DNA of 62,108 nucleotides, filler included, from Hausera hauseri (GCA_046269625.1; 11 parts of 11 records of this genome joined end to end with filler, not necessarily neighbours in it), one strand, 5' to 3'. Counted from the whole stretch's first letter, positions 1 to 11,914 are shown. Program-made: numbers and translations. The notes: generated by a model from the letters alone, not told the origin.

Positions 1-539
1 ATGGCAGTAATGTCTGAATGGGCATGGGAATGGTATTTATAGTTTGTTGTTGTTGTGCAATGTACATTATTTTGATTTAGTAAAACATTTATGTGATTTT
101 TAATTTGATTAATAATAGGTTCATAGTCCACTATCCGAATACCGAGTACAACAATTTTTCCACTGATAAATACATTGACGCAAAGTGGGCGAAACGATGT
201 CAGTCTCAGTGAAGGAAACAATCCTGGTTTATACGTACATTCAGCAGCGACCATTGATAATTTGTACAGATTGATTGTTTGATGGTAGTCTAACTGAGTC
301 GTTACCGATATTGATTCGATTGTGTCAGTGGCAATTCCGAATGGTAGTAGTTTAATGTTGTCAGCTATGATTGGTTTGCAACAACCCATAATACAACACT
401 TTCCCGATTGAAATACGATGCATGTAAAATCTGGTGGACACTTGAGGACGTACTGCTTCGGCTCCCACTGATTAAAAGGTAGTGTGTTAATGTCACACTC
501 GGTAACATGGCCGCGATAGTTGATATTAGTTAATATTAT
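1..539 (-). CDS. TATA-binding-protein (TBP)-like protein, divergent, two TBP half-repeats; 3' end runs off the window and no ATG start is present (possibly mutated to ATA)
   Basis: Manual translation, stop-free from 539 to 1: IILTNINYRGHVTECDINTLPFNQWEPKQYVLKCPPDFTCIVFQSGKCCIMGCCKPIIADNIKLLPFGIATDTIESISVTTQLDYHQTINLYKLSMVAAECTYKPGLFPSLRLTSFRPLCVNVFISGKIVVLGIRIVDYEPIINQIK. IVFQSGKCCIMG and YKPGLFPSL..VNVFISGKIVVLG match the TBP motifs LIFSSGKMVCTG and YEPELFPGL..LLIFVSGKVVLTG. Confidence 0.75.
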   Translation of the reverse strand, partial: MILTNINYRGHVTECDINTLPFNQWEPKQYVLKCPPDFTCIVFQSGKCCIMGCCKPIIADNIKLLPFGIATDTIESISVTTQLDYHQTINLYKLSMVAAECTYKPGLFPSLRLTSFRPLCVNVFISGKIVVLGIRIVDYEPIINQIKNHINVLLNQNNVHCTTTTNYKYHSHAHSDITA

Positions 540-562
540 GGAAACAGTGCTTATACTAAAGC

Positions 563-570
563 TATTTATA
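563..570 (-). promoter_or_regulatory. TATA box (TATAAATA) upstream of the TBP-like ORF
   Basis: tatttata at 563-570 reads TATAAATA on the minus strand, about 25-30 nt upstream of the putative start at 539. Confidence 0.4.
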
Positions 571-634
571 TGCGTGTGATACGATTATAAACAAATCATG
601 TGGTGAGAAAAGGTTGTATTATTACTATTATTAG

Positions 635-1315
635 ATGAAGCTGCAAAATAATGCCATTTTCCAGATTGTAGGCCCCAGTGGAAGTGGCAAAACACACTTT
701 GTGTGTAAACTATTGCAGAACTACTGCGATATGTTCCATTCACCGCGGTATAATCACATATACTGGCATCAGGGTGTTGGTGATTATAGTGAATCCGGTT
801 TGACACAACGGGAATTTTGTAAACTGAAATCATTAACGGTAATTGGTAGATTTCATGAGAACTGGTCAGAGAGATTACGCAACGGTGACGTTATTGCCAT
901 TGACGATTTATTTTAGGAAGCCTCGAAAGAATCGGACTTCAACAACCTACTCACGAAGATTGCACAACACCGTGGCGTAACGGTTATTTTCATTACGCAA
1001 AACATGTTTTATCAGGGCGGCCAGCATCGAACAAGAAATCTAAACGTACACTATTTGTTGTTGTTCAAAAATCCCCCTGATCAAACTATCATTGACTATG
1101 TTTAACGACAAGAATTTCCTCACAACCGAGCCTACTTGATAGATGCATATCATGATGCTACGACCGAACCACACGGACACTTGTTCATAGACTATACACA
1201 ACAGTGTCTCGATGACATGCGTGTACGAACAGACATTTTCAATCAGAAGGGTGGTGTGTCTATAAACAAATTCGAAAATCGACGACATGATTATTATAAA
1301 AAACAAACAAAATGA
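635..1315 (+). pseudogene. A32/FtsK-HerA-like viral DNA packaging ATPase with two in-frame stops
   Basis: Walker A GPSGSGKT and Walker B IAIDDL. After the TAG at 914-916 the frame continues ...KIAQHRGVTVIFITQNMF...RTRNLNVHYLLLFKNP...DATTEPHGHLFIDY to TGA at 1313-1315. Confidence 0.9.
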
Positions 1316-1416
1316 AGAATTTCGGAAAAACAATTGTTGAAAGTAAATCTACTACCAAGCGGGTGTCCGGCGGCAAGAAACGTGTATCAAAACGAACCAC
1401 CGCTACAGTCAAGTGA
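1312..1416 (+). CDS. Small basic core-like peptide (pVII-like), 34 aa
   Basis: MKNFGKTIVESKSTTKRVSGGKKRVSKRTTATVK. K/R-rich, contains an adenain-like VSGG site, ATGA overlap with the ATPase stop. Below the ORF-track cutoff. Confidence 0.45.
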   Translation: MKNFGKTIVESKSTTKRVSGGKKRVSKRTTATVK

Positions 1417-1509
1417 TTAATCAAATATGTGCTTCAAACAACAAAAGCCGTAAAAATTGCAACGGTTATAAACAGCTACGTGTCATGGTCAATACATCCA
1501 CAAAAAAAC

Positions 1510-1836
1510 ATGCGATTCAAACGTAGTCAACCGTACTTTATTGCTTTGCTCAACACACCTACGAGACATAAGCGAAACATGCTTCGATCATTCCCACAGT
1601 TTGTAGTAGACGATTTGATGGAAATTTTATACAATACCGTTGTGGGTCACGTTGACATTGGTAGTGGAAAGCCCAATATACTAAAGTATCGAAAACGACT
1701 CATTGGCATTGCTAACGCCCGTAGTAAACGACTGAAACGAGAGGTTATGTACCATCAAGACGGCGGATTCCTTGGTGCAATTCTACCGATTGTCACATCA
1801 TTACTGGGTGGACTCATTGGTTCTGCAACAACATGA
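1510..1836 (+). CDS. Polinton/adintovirus pX-like virion protein with C-terminal amphipathic peptide
   Basis: Basic body ending QDGGFLGAILPIVTSLLGGLIGS, resembling the adenovirus pX GG-FLP..IP cleavage and membrane-active motif. Confidence 0.7.
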   Translation: MRFKRSQPYFIALLNTPTRHKRNMLRSFPQFVVDDLMEILYNTVVGHVDIGSGKPNILKYRKRLIGIANARSKRLKREVMYHQDGGFLGAILPIVTSLLGGLIGSATT

Positions 1837-1950
1837 TAGTATAAACAATGACGGTAAGTATATGATAATTCGGCAATATGGGCACATGGTTTTCATCTTT
1901 CTGTCCGAGTTTACCGAATCTTTCATTTACGTTTCATTCTAATTGTTGTA

Positions 1951-3019
1951 ATGCAAACAAAACCGATACCATCGACAGCAACAATGGGCGATGTGTGGTT
2001 TAACCCGCGTCATCCCGTCGGCTATACTGGCGTCAACAAACTGGCAAAGACTGCCAAACAAACTCGGCAACATACCCAACGTTGGCTCGGGAAACACTTA
2101 GCATACAGCATAAGCAAACCGATAAGAAGGCGGTTTCCAACTCGCGCATACCGTGCTGCCGGTGTAAATAATGTATGACAAATGGATCTGATGGAAATGA
2201 TTCCATATGCCAGCATCAGTAATGGGTATCGGTACGTTCTGACATGTGTTGATGTGTTTAGTCGTTTTGCATGTGCAATTTCTGTGAAATCTAAATCTGG
2301 TAAAGATATTGCCAACGCTGTTCAGACACTGATACAACAACAAGAACCGAAGTATTTACAAAAGGATTTGGGTAAGGAATTCTACAACGCTTACGTTGCA
2401 GCCGTCTTGAAACGGTTCGGCGTAAGCCACTACTCGGTGTTTTTCCAATACAAGGCTGCACTCGTTGAACGATTTAATCGAACATTGCGCGGTCGCCTGA
2501 ACAAATTCTTTAGGAAGCAAGTCAACAAACGCCGGATAGATGTAGTTATCGGATATTATTCATGCATACAATTATTCGACACATTATGGTATCAATGGAT
2601 TACGGCCGGTTGACGTACTCGATGATTTGAACATGCGGTTTTATCAAAACAACCGACGAGGTCGACAGACAATTAAACATCGTCCAAAATATAAAATCGG
2701 TGCTTACGTACGTATTTCGAAAATAAGTTCGATATTATTCATTAAGAATTTCAATCAGAACTGGAGCGACGAGGTTTTCCGCATTTCGGCAATCAACACA
2801 AAACAAACACCTATCATGTACGTTTTAGAGGATGAAAGCGGTGAGGAAATACGCGGTAAATTCTACGAACAGGAACTGCAGGTACTACCCGAGAAACCCG
2901 ATGTATATCGTATTCAGGAAATTCTACGTTCACGCGGTAAAGGTTCGAATAAACAATATCTCGTCAAGTGGCATGGATACAATACACCGAGTTGGATATT
3001 TGCATCGCAGATTGAGTGA
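1951..3019 (+). pseudogene. Retroviral-like DDE integrase with C-terminal chromodomain (Polinton c-integrase)
   Basis: V*QMDL, YVLTCVDVFSRF, DLGKEF, VERFNRTL, NWSDEVF, GKFYEQEL and chromodomain YLVKWHGY..SWI. TGA at 2176-2178 and a frameshift near 2540-2630. Confidence 0.92.
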
Positions 3020-4095
3020 TGAGCATTTATTTGGTACTTGATAGTAACAAATCATTATCACAACATGACGACGATGACAATGACGACAATACCGCTAAAC
3101 AGCTAACCGTGCACTTAGACCAACCGGTCGATTTACGCCACAGAGACTGGAAAGTGGCTTTGACGGAATTCGCATTTACAATTTAACCAATGACAATACG
3201 TCAGAACAGTGGTATTTACTTTATCCGACATGAAGTGTACCCTATTTTAAGTCGTTAGCGGACAATCCGACACAATAACCAATATATTATTCACAATTAT
3301 TCGCGAGAAAATTTCTCAGTTTATACTTATGTTTTAAACCATCGTATGAAACTAATGAATCAAAATCCCATGGAAATGCAGTTTAATTCTGTAGCTGTTG
3401 CTCAGGCATGGGGTTTTCAATCAGTCAATGTACACTGAAAACCTTTATGGCTAAGTGGACATGTTATAATTGGTGAAAAATTGGACCTATCATACAATTC
3501 GGAATCCGATATCATAGTAAAGTGGACTAAGTCAGAATCAGTCTTCCTATCATATATTTTACAACACGATTTACTAATGGAAACGGAACTGGAATAGTGT
3601 GAATACAAAAAGAAAACGGTTACATTAGCCGTGAAGACATGTGAAATAAACGCAGATGATCATATTTCCATTATACTACATGACAATGTTCTATATTTTG
3701 CCTTTGATGAATTATTGGCTCGGAATCTGAGTTTTTTACAACGTGAATTCTATCAAAATATTGTTGGATGATCTATTGTTGCCAAATGCAAACCACAACT
3801 CTATGGAGAATTTCACCGAATCAACATTTTAACGGACTTAACCGAATTCGTACTTGTTGGTGGAGAACGTAAACAACTGCTGGCTTCTATCTAACTGGAT
3901 TCCGACACGTACAAAACATCATTGGGTGAAATTGTTCGCGTTATTATGTTCAGACCCATGTCGTTATCATTGACTCACAGTATTGTGCACAGTATTTCCA
4001 TGTATATGCTTGATAAATTTTGGGAACGCGTTAAATTTCTGTTCGGGTCAACGACACATTTGATGTTATATTTTCGACGTCGTCAACGTCGATAA
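3019..4095 (+). pseudogene. Minor capsid (penton-like, single jelly-roll) protein 1, disrupted
   Basis: N-terminus MSIYLVLDSNKS..NTAKQLTVHLDQPVDLRHRDWKVALTEFAF and C-terminus ILTDLTEFVLVGGERKQLL...ISMYMLD..VKFLFGSTTHLMLYFRR fit the Polinton penton consensus. TGATG overlap with the integrase. Confidence 0.72.
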
Positions 4096-4131
4096 TAAAC
4101 AAACTGAGTCATCATCATCATCATCGTCATC

Positions 4132-4656
4132 ATGAGTATTTACATGGTGTTTCCAAGCAAAAGTTGTCCGACGACTCGTCCGAACAATTCCGCCAGTGAA
4201 TACGTTATAGATTGGAACAATCCTTTGGTTTTATCTGCAGGACAAGGGGAGGTGCAATGACGGAATTTAACTTTCCATACGCACCGGTGACATTAAAAGG
4301 TAGTATGAAAATAACGTACAACAAGACTATTACTGAAACCAAAACACATTCTTGTCCTCTGATACTTATTAACAATAAAATAGCAATTGGGGAATCGACC
4401 ATTTGCACGGCCTAAGCATATTACGGTTTACGCGACAAAATCGGTATTTTTATTATAGATCAAAACTTACATTTTATGACAGATTTTGAATTTACCGTTG
4501 CCTTTGAGTCCTCTGAGATGGCGCAGAAATTTGGATGAACAATACAGAGTACAAAGGTCAACATATTAAAAGTGAATGAGTGGTTGGTCCAAGATTAAGT
4601 CCCGTATATTACCAGACAACGGTGAAATTTACCTATACAACAGAAAGGGTGTCAAC
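4132..4656 (+). pseudogene. Minor capsid (penton-like) protein 2, N-terminal part
   Basis: MSIYMVFPSKSCPTTRPNNSASEYVIDWNNPLVL..EV/AMTEFNFPY (frameshifted). Paralogous to the 3019 ORF; truncated by the gap. Confidence 0.68.
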
Positions 4657-4756
4657 NNNNNNNNNNNNNNNNNNNNNNNNNNNNNNNNNNNNNNNNNNNN
4701 TTAATTAATTAANNNNNNNNNNNNNNNNNNNNNNNNNNNNNNNNNNNNNNNNNNNN
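4657..4756. other. Artificial contig-joining spacer (first of ten)
   Basis: N44-TTAATTAATTAA-N44 (stops in all six frames). The same spacer recurs at 9758, 17280, 22651, 28463, 32556, 40050, 44997, 53306 and 57397. Confidence 0.97.
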
Positions 4757-4879
4757 GCATAAGGCGAACTGTCCTATGTGCCGAAACGAAAGCCAACAAG
4801 TTGAAATATTCAATGGAGCAGGAATGCTCATTTTAACTTCTTCAATAATCAGTTTGAAGAAACACAAAGAAAATGAATG

Positions 4880-5594
4880 CCCCTCTCTCCCTCTCCCTCT
4901 CTCACTCTCTCCCCTCTCTCTCTCTGTCCCTCTCTCTCTGTCCCTCTCACTCTCTCCCTCCCTCTTTCTCTCCCTCTCTCGCACTCTGTATCTCTGTGTC
5001 CCTCTNNNNNNNNNNNNNNNNNNNNNNNNNNNNNNNNNNNNNNNNNNNNNNNNNNNNNNNNNNNNNNNNNNNNNNNNNNNNNNNNNNNNNNNNNNNNNNN
5101 NNNNNNNNNNNNNNNNNNNNNNNNNNNNNNNNNNNNNNNNNNNNNNNNNNNNNNNNNNNNNNNNNNNNNNNNNNNNNNNNNNNNNNNNNNNNNNTCTCTA
5201 TCTCTCTCTACCTCTCTGTCCCTCTCTCTCTCTTTCTCTGTCCCTCTCTCCCTCTCTCTATCTCTCTACCTCTCTGTCCCTCTCTCACTCTCTCTCTACC
5301 TCTCTGTCCCTCTCTCTCTCTACCTCTCTGTTCCTCTCTATCTCTCTCTACCTCTCTGTCCCTCTCTCTCTCTTTCTCTGTCCCTCTGTCCCTCTCTCTA
5401 TCTCTCTACCTCTCTGTCCCTCTCTCACTCTCTCTCTCTACCTCTCTGTCCCTCTCTCTCAACTTCTCTGTCCCTCTCTCTCTCTCTCTACCTCTCTGTC
5501 CCTCTCTCTCTCTCTCTACTTCTCTGTCCCTCTCTCTCTCTACCTCTCTGTCCCTCTCTCTCTCTCTACCTATCTGTCCCTTTATCTCTCTCTC
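4880..5594. repeat. (CT)n-based compound microsatellite/minisatellite with internal N gaps
   Basis: Iterated ctctctgtccctctct and ctctctacct units. Confidence 0.95.
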
Positions 5595-6009
5595 TNNNNN
5601 NNNNNNNNNNNNNNNNNNNNNNNNNNNNNNNNNNNNNNNNNNNNNNNNNNNNNNNNNNNNNNNNNNNNNNNNNNNNNNNNNNNNNNNNNNNNNNNNNNNN
5701 NNNNNNNNNNNNNNNNNNNNNNNNNNNNNNNNNNNNNNNNNNNNNNNNNNNNNCAAAATTTGAATTTCTTTCTTCTCCACTTGCTGAAAAATTAATTGCA
5801 GCAAAATTTCAATAAAATTTATCATCTGTTAGGTGTGGTCATCAACCACCCAAAGCTTTTAAGAATTTCAAAATTATTAATAATTTGGCAAAGATAAACA
5901 GAAACAAAGATATATTAACTTTTTAAATGACGTTTTAAAAATAAACAAATCATTGTTTTTTAATATTAATATTTCATTCAGAATAAGCAGAATGGACACA
6001 CGTAGCTAA

Positions 6010-8006
6010 GACAATGTGTATCTGATCGGATCGTATTCAACAGTAATACTTAATGCCAAATTGCCATCAAATCGTCAATCACTTTCTGCATCTGCACAAA
6101 ATCAGAAGTCAACTGTTAGAGATGATAGTTCAAGAACAGTTACAATAGTGTCAGAATTCTGGATCAGAGCACTCAGTCCAGAAATTAGAATCAATATTTA
6201 AAGAGTGGAAGGGCTTGCATAAGCATAAGAACGGAACATCCACAGCGCATAAAAACAAAGAAGAAGGGATTGTGTCAAGACCGGACAATATATTTGATAT
6301 AGCTCATGTTGATGCCTTAACTCTTATGTCAAACACAGAAGATCAAGCAGTCTTCAAATCGCAGAGACAGAAAGATCGGCATGGTGTTATTTGATCAGTT
6401 GACAAGATTCATTGTGAACAGATGCAGAAGCAAAGCGTCAGAGAAGATTTACAGAAGAAATCGAAGCCAGCTGCAGTCATGTAATCCTTACATCAGAAAA
6501 GTCATTACCTGAATCAGACCATGAGGCACCAGACACAGTCAGTACCTCATCCACGGACAGCAATGAAGAAAGCAGTCAGATTGCTGTTGGTGGGATTGTG
6601 GAAAGAAAATAGAAAGAACAAATGTTATTCCTCCAACTCTTACATCTGCCCTTTACAGAACAAAAATATCATCTAGAAATGTCACATATATATTCAGTGA
6701 GATGGCCTCCAGCCTTCTTCATGATGTCAGAACTCTCACTATAAACCGCAACCCTATTCAGAGATCAACAGCATTTCACATGTTTTGTGCATCAGAGAAC
6801 ATCAGATTACAGTTTGATATTAATGTTCCACTAACAGTGCACTGAAATGATACGCTGATGGAGGATTTGACAACTATGAAAGATGTTGAACGATTTCCAA
6901 TCTTAGTCTCAGGTCTAGGCATTGAAAAACGTCTTGGTATGCCAAAGTTCCTTTCAGGATACAAATTCAGCTCAGGCTGAAGAAATTATAGAATACTTGG
7001 AGGAGTAAAATCTTAAATAGCAAGTAGTAGCGCTCGATTTTGACATCACTGCATCAAATATAAGACTTTATTCAGGTTCCAGTTTATTCATTGAGCAAAA
7101 TCTCGAAAAAGATCTCCTGTATCTTCCATGCCGACATTACATAATGGAGCTCATCATATATTCAGCATTTGATAAAATGACAACCCCATCAACAGGAGCA
7201 GACATTAAAATTTTCAAGCACTTTTAGGAGTATTGGAAATTTATTTCATATTATAATTTGAACACGTTGGTACCGTTGCAGCTGCAGAAATTCAAGTTGC
7301 TATATATCGCAAGGATTTACTTGAGTTTATTGATGAGCAAGTAAAACTTCAGCATCTCCGCAATGACTACAGAGAATTGATGGAGTTGTTTCTTGTTTTC
7401 CTTGGTGGCACCCATGCTCATGGTATCCATTTTTGTGCACCTGGAGCACTGCATACAGCAAGATGGATGGCTAGAGTCATCTATTCTCTCAAAATGTCGC
7501 TATCTTAAGTCAGTTTAAAATGATATCATGTGAACTAAAGTGAATAGGTGAAATCGTCATATTTGCAGTTACATTTTACCTGAGAGCATGAATAACTGCA
7601 CCATGTACAATTGAAGCACCTCTAAATGATTTTACTCTAATGAAGGCTCTACAACAGTATCAAAATAAAACCATCTTTTATGTAACAAGCAAGAAACTTT
7701 GTCTTAACTTATGGTACTTATCTGAAGAGTTAACAGCACTGGCCCTTTTTTGCTTCAAAGGTTTATACAGAAATGAAATCTCCCATGCTTCTAGTGCTTT
7801 TAACCATGAATGAAACTGCTCCTGAACATCCTGCCAAGCGTCCAAGAGTAGAATCATTAGAAGTTCTAGGATGTAGAGTCTTGGATAAGTTTTGCGTAAT
7901 GAATTCTAAGAAAACATTACATCTTCTGTCACTGCCAGAAACATTTCTGACAAGACATCAACCCACCTGGGCAGATTATAAGGATTTCAACAAAGCCGTC
8001 AGCAAT
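6010..8006 (+). pseudogene. Degenerate DDE DNA transposase with CxxH motif (superfamily not assigned)
   Basis: PLTVH*NDTLM..ERFPILVSGLGIEKRLGMPK, ALDFDITASN..EQNLEKDLLYLPCRHYIMEL, PGALHTARWMARVIY, LWYLSEEL. Many stops; 3' end replaced by the repeat at 8007. Confidence 0.75.
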
Positions 8007-8850
8007 GAGTAGGGGGAAAATGGCGGTTAAGTCCCACCCCCCAGGAATCGACACTGCACATGTGCCAATCGATAGTGCACATGCAGCACTATCAACCCAT
8101 AGAGTGCTAGGTGACAGTACCGCTAGGCACCGTTTAGGCACACTTTTTCTCATTTCACAAATCGACCGCTGCACGGTGCATTATTGATCGAATCGATTGG
8201 AACAAAGTACTAATCAATAGAGTGCATCAGTCCGCATCGATTGGTGCACATTTAAGGTGTGCAGCACATGTGCAAGAGTGCAAAAATCAATAATATCAAA
8301 TTTCCGATAATCCCAATATTGATGTTTAGCATTAGGCACCGGGTGAAAACGGTAGCAAACATGACGGGTTATGTGAATGAGCAGATAGAATTTAAATCGG
8401 TTGATTGGTTTTCGAATAATTTCCAAGTGGGACCGAACCGCCACAGGCCTTTGCGCTATACTTTTCAAATTAATAATATCAAAATGGCACATATACTGGC
8501 AGGTGCAGTACTTGATGTAGTATCGTTCAGTGAAATACTCAATATTGGTGTCCTCTTGGTTACGGTTGCAAGGGCACTTTTTCACTTTTCACATTTTTGC
8601 AGTTGTGCAGCGTAGGAATGATGAAATTGATCGGGATCAAGTGCCAATGGATAGAGCATATCGAGATACACCTTGTTATGTGGTGTGCAGTTCAATAACA
8701 TGTGTGCAAGTGTGAAAAATCAATAATATCGAAATTCCGATATTTCCAATATAGATGATTAGGAAATGTGACCGGGTGCATTCGAAAGGAAACATGGTGA
8801 AGTTTATGAATGTACAGTTAGAATTTAAATTTATTGATTAATTATCGATT
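8007..8850 (+). repeat. Palindrome-rich dispersed repeat, copy 1 (non-autonomous element, HINE/MITE-like)
   Basis: Starts (C/G)AGTAGGGGGAAAATGGCGGTT. Homologous to 40150-40611 and 58325-58949 (both minus). Internal block 8266-8420 recurs at about 8698-8850. Confidence 0.8.
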
Positions 8851-9214
8851 AATATAGATCCAAAATGCAAAATAGGGCAAAATAATATATGTTTATTATT
8901 ATGGCCTAGGGAAGCAAAATTCAATATAACATTGAGCGGTGACAAATAGTAAATCGACTATGTCGATCTCGAATCTCGAGTCGAAAACTCAAAATTCGAA
9001 TATTTTGGCTCGAATATCGAATATCGAACTATTCGAAAAATTTAACAGCAAGAATCGATTCCTCGTATTCGAACACACCTATGTACATAAAAATTACTCC
9101 ATGAAAATGTACTATATAGGCATAAAATCAATTTATCGAAATAAGCAAAATGTGCATTTAAAGCCCAGTGAAGCGAAAATCGATAAATCTAATAGCGGGA
9201 TTGGGTACAAAGTC

Positions 9215-9670
9215 ATGTATGTTGAATCGGAATATGATATTAGATGATTCAATACATTATTCGAACTCGAAGTATCGATTCGAACTCAAAAACGCGGTCA
9301 AGCATGCACTTCTCAAAGAATCTAATGACGACATTTGATTCTCAATTGTCGAAAACCTATATGGCAATTAGTATTAGTGCGGTGCAGTGCATTGCGATGT
9401 ATAAAAGCAAGGTTTTTCCAATATGATAAAAGTACTTGTTAAATGCTAAGTAATTGTTATATTGATTAAGTAATTGAGATGAATTTGAAGGTGAAGCACA
9501 TTAAAATCAAAAAATCTTTAAGCGCACACAGATAGGAAAGCATGTATGGCGAATCTGAATCTTGTGTTAAATGATCGAATCCATTATTCGAACTCAAGGA
9601 ATTATCGATTCGAACTCGAATATTCGGTCAAGCATGAATTATTCGAAGAATCAGATGACTTTAGTCGATT
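9215..9670 (+). repeat. Diverged direct repeat pair, TCGA-rich
   Basis: atgtatg..gaatc..cattattcgaactc..atcgattcgaactc..cggtcaagcatg occurs at about 9215-9340 and 9542-9670. Confidence 0.65.
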
Positions 9671-11914
9671 CCACATATATAAAAACCTATTCGAAGATGG
9701 CGCCGCCACATACTTAAATCATGTGATGCATTAAAACAGACGCATGATATTGACAAGNNNNNNNNNNNNNNNNNNNNNNNNNNNNNNNNNNNNNNNNNNN
9801 NTTAATTAATTAANNNNNNNNNNNNNNNNNNNNNNNNNNNNNNNNNNNNNNNNNNNNTTTAAGTTTCGATCAAACGACATTTCTCTTGACACATCTGTTA
9901 TGATACGATAATGATTTTCATCTTCAAACTCTTGAACTCAATCTTGATAGTTTTAATCTTTTTCCTGAATTCGGATGTGGAACATTTGGAATTGTTCGAT
10001 TAGTATTCAACGGTTGTAAACGAACATGATAAAGGCTTGTGGTTTAAATTTTGGATCTTACCAATTTCATGGCACAAATCACAAGGATAGCCGATGGATC
10101 AAAATTCATCGTATATAGTAAAATTGGCAGACCTAGCAATTTCAAGGTCAACTAAAATCATCATAGAATACAAAAAAAATTTGAAAATTGTAAAACACAA
10201 TCTAAATCAGAATCAAAAACGTTTGCAAACAGAAAACATTCCTAATATGAATTTACGAACATGATTGAATAATGACCTTGCGTAATCTTCTTGAAAGAAA
10301 CAAAAAAAGAAAAATACACATTTTCAAGTAATATACAAACAGATCCTATTTAGAAAGCACACATAACTGCCGTGTAAGCACACAGAAATTGTCATAGTAC
10401 AGGTTAAAATAAAACCAAAAGGCAGCGGACCACGGGCAATCAACACAATGATTAATTATTGCCAGACAGTTAATGCCGTTCTTCGAAATAAAAGAAATTA
10501 GTAACAGTCATGAAATCAAAGACAATTGCAATATAACAATGGAATCTTTGGTTCACTGGGAATGTTGTGAATGGTGAGACACGGATAAGGTGAGTTTGCA
10601 GGTTGGCTTTTACATGCAGATTGTTTCTGTAATTCTGTACATGTATTCATGAAATTATAGACATTGTCAGTTTATAACTCCCTACATGATACATCACGAA
10701 CCGCAGTTTGGAAACATCTGAAATAAGGAATTAAATGAACTGAGAATTCAATGAATTGCAAGATTTAAAAGGACAAGCATTAAGAGTATCTGGTAAAATA
10801 CTAAGATTGATAAGGTAATGACAATCATTATTCTTATCCATAGCGTTTGTGTTCTTAAATCGGCGATCTTGAAACGACATTGAAACAACGCGTTAAACAA
10901 AGAGGGTGCTTCAAAGGTAGGAAAATTGGAGAAGAATAAAGTTTGAGGATTTTCTGAACAGGTCTTTGAAAAAAGAAATTCAACTACAATCACGACATCA
11001 GTGGCAGGCATTATTGCAATAATGTACAATGACCAAAATATATGGAAATTAAACATGTTGTTTTCTTGAGTCTTCTCGACGGACAGTTAAATTGATGGTT
11101 GAATTTTTGGTTTGTGCCTTTTTCATGCAAGAATAGATAACTACTGATCTCATCATTTGAGGGTATTTATTTGGAGGATAACTGGGCTTTGATGCCGCTG
11201 TTCCGTTGCATTTGGCTAGCAATTATGATGATGATGAATTAGACAGATAGATCTTTGAAGTTTCCAACAGGTGTTTTGTCATTTTTCGAACTTTACTGCA
11301 TCGTGGAAGCAGATCAATGTTGCTGTAAGAATAGATGCTGTATGCACCAGTATATGACGAACTGGATGGCAACTGGAGACTGTTCTGCTGTATAGTATTT
11401 TGCGTGAAGTTCTGGTCAATGTTTACTGTTAGCGACAACTTCGGACACATTAATGGGACTTTTGTGAAGGACAACGGGGAGTATAAATCTGTTTGGAAAT
11501 TGATGTCATACGTTTGACTTAACGAATCAATCGATAGGAATGGGTAGTTCGAAAATTCGGTCCAGGAATTTGATGATGAGACTAGTAAACTGTCCATGGC
11601 AAATGACGATCGTCGTAAACAAAACGGGAATGTAAGTATTTAATAACTCGTTTCTCAATGTCCCACTTGTCAAATAACTACTAGTGAGAAATGAGCAACA
11701 ATGTCGATTTTTTAATGATTAGATAGTTGTCTCAATGGAGCAATATTCATCGGAATTATCGTTTGATTTTGTCTGTTTTGTATTCTTTGCTTAAATCCTC
11801 GAGTCGGAAGATCGGGACCGACTATGAACCCAACGCGGAGGAAACGGACACCAGGCCTTGCACGACCAAATGGGCCAAAGGGCACCGGCCGCTGTGGGCA
11901 CCATACGGGGAATT

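Larger units (their letters stand above)
1..4656. mobile_element. Decayed Polinton/Maverick (adintovirus-like) endogenous DNA virus segment; both ends cut by window edge/gap
   Basis: Co-oriented A32/FtsK-like ATPase, pVII/pX-like small ORFs, rve+chromodomain integrase and penton-like genes, with ATGA/TGATG start-stop overlaps. This gene set is typical of Polintons. Confidence 0.88.

Noticed and set aside
2176-2178. TGA at conserved Trp positions suggesting an alternative genetic code
   Set aside because: The same elements also have TAG/TAA stops and frameshifts, and intact ORFs use TGG; ordinary pseudogenisation.
4709-5825. Long L/S/P- and E/R-rich ORFs
   Set aside because: Translations of the CT microsatellite and N runs; not genes.
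7929-8715. Short ORFs recurring at about 8.0-8.7, 40.1-40.7 and 58.2-58.7 kb
   Set aside because: Frames and stops are not conserved among copies; translations of a non-coding repeat.
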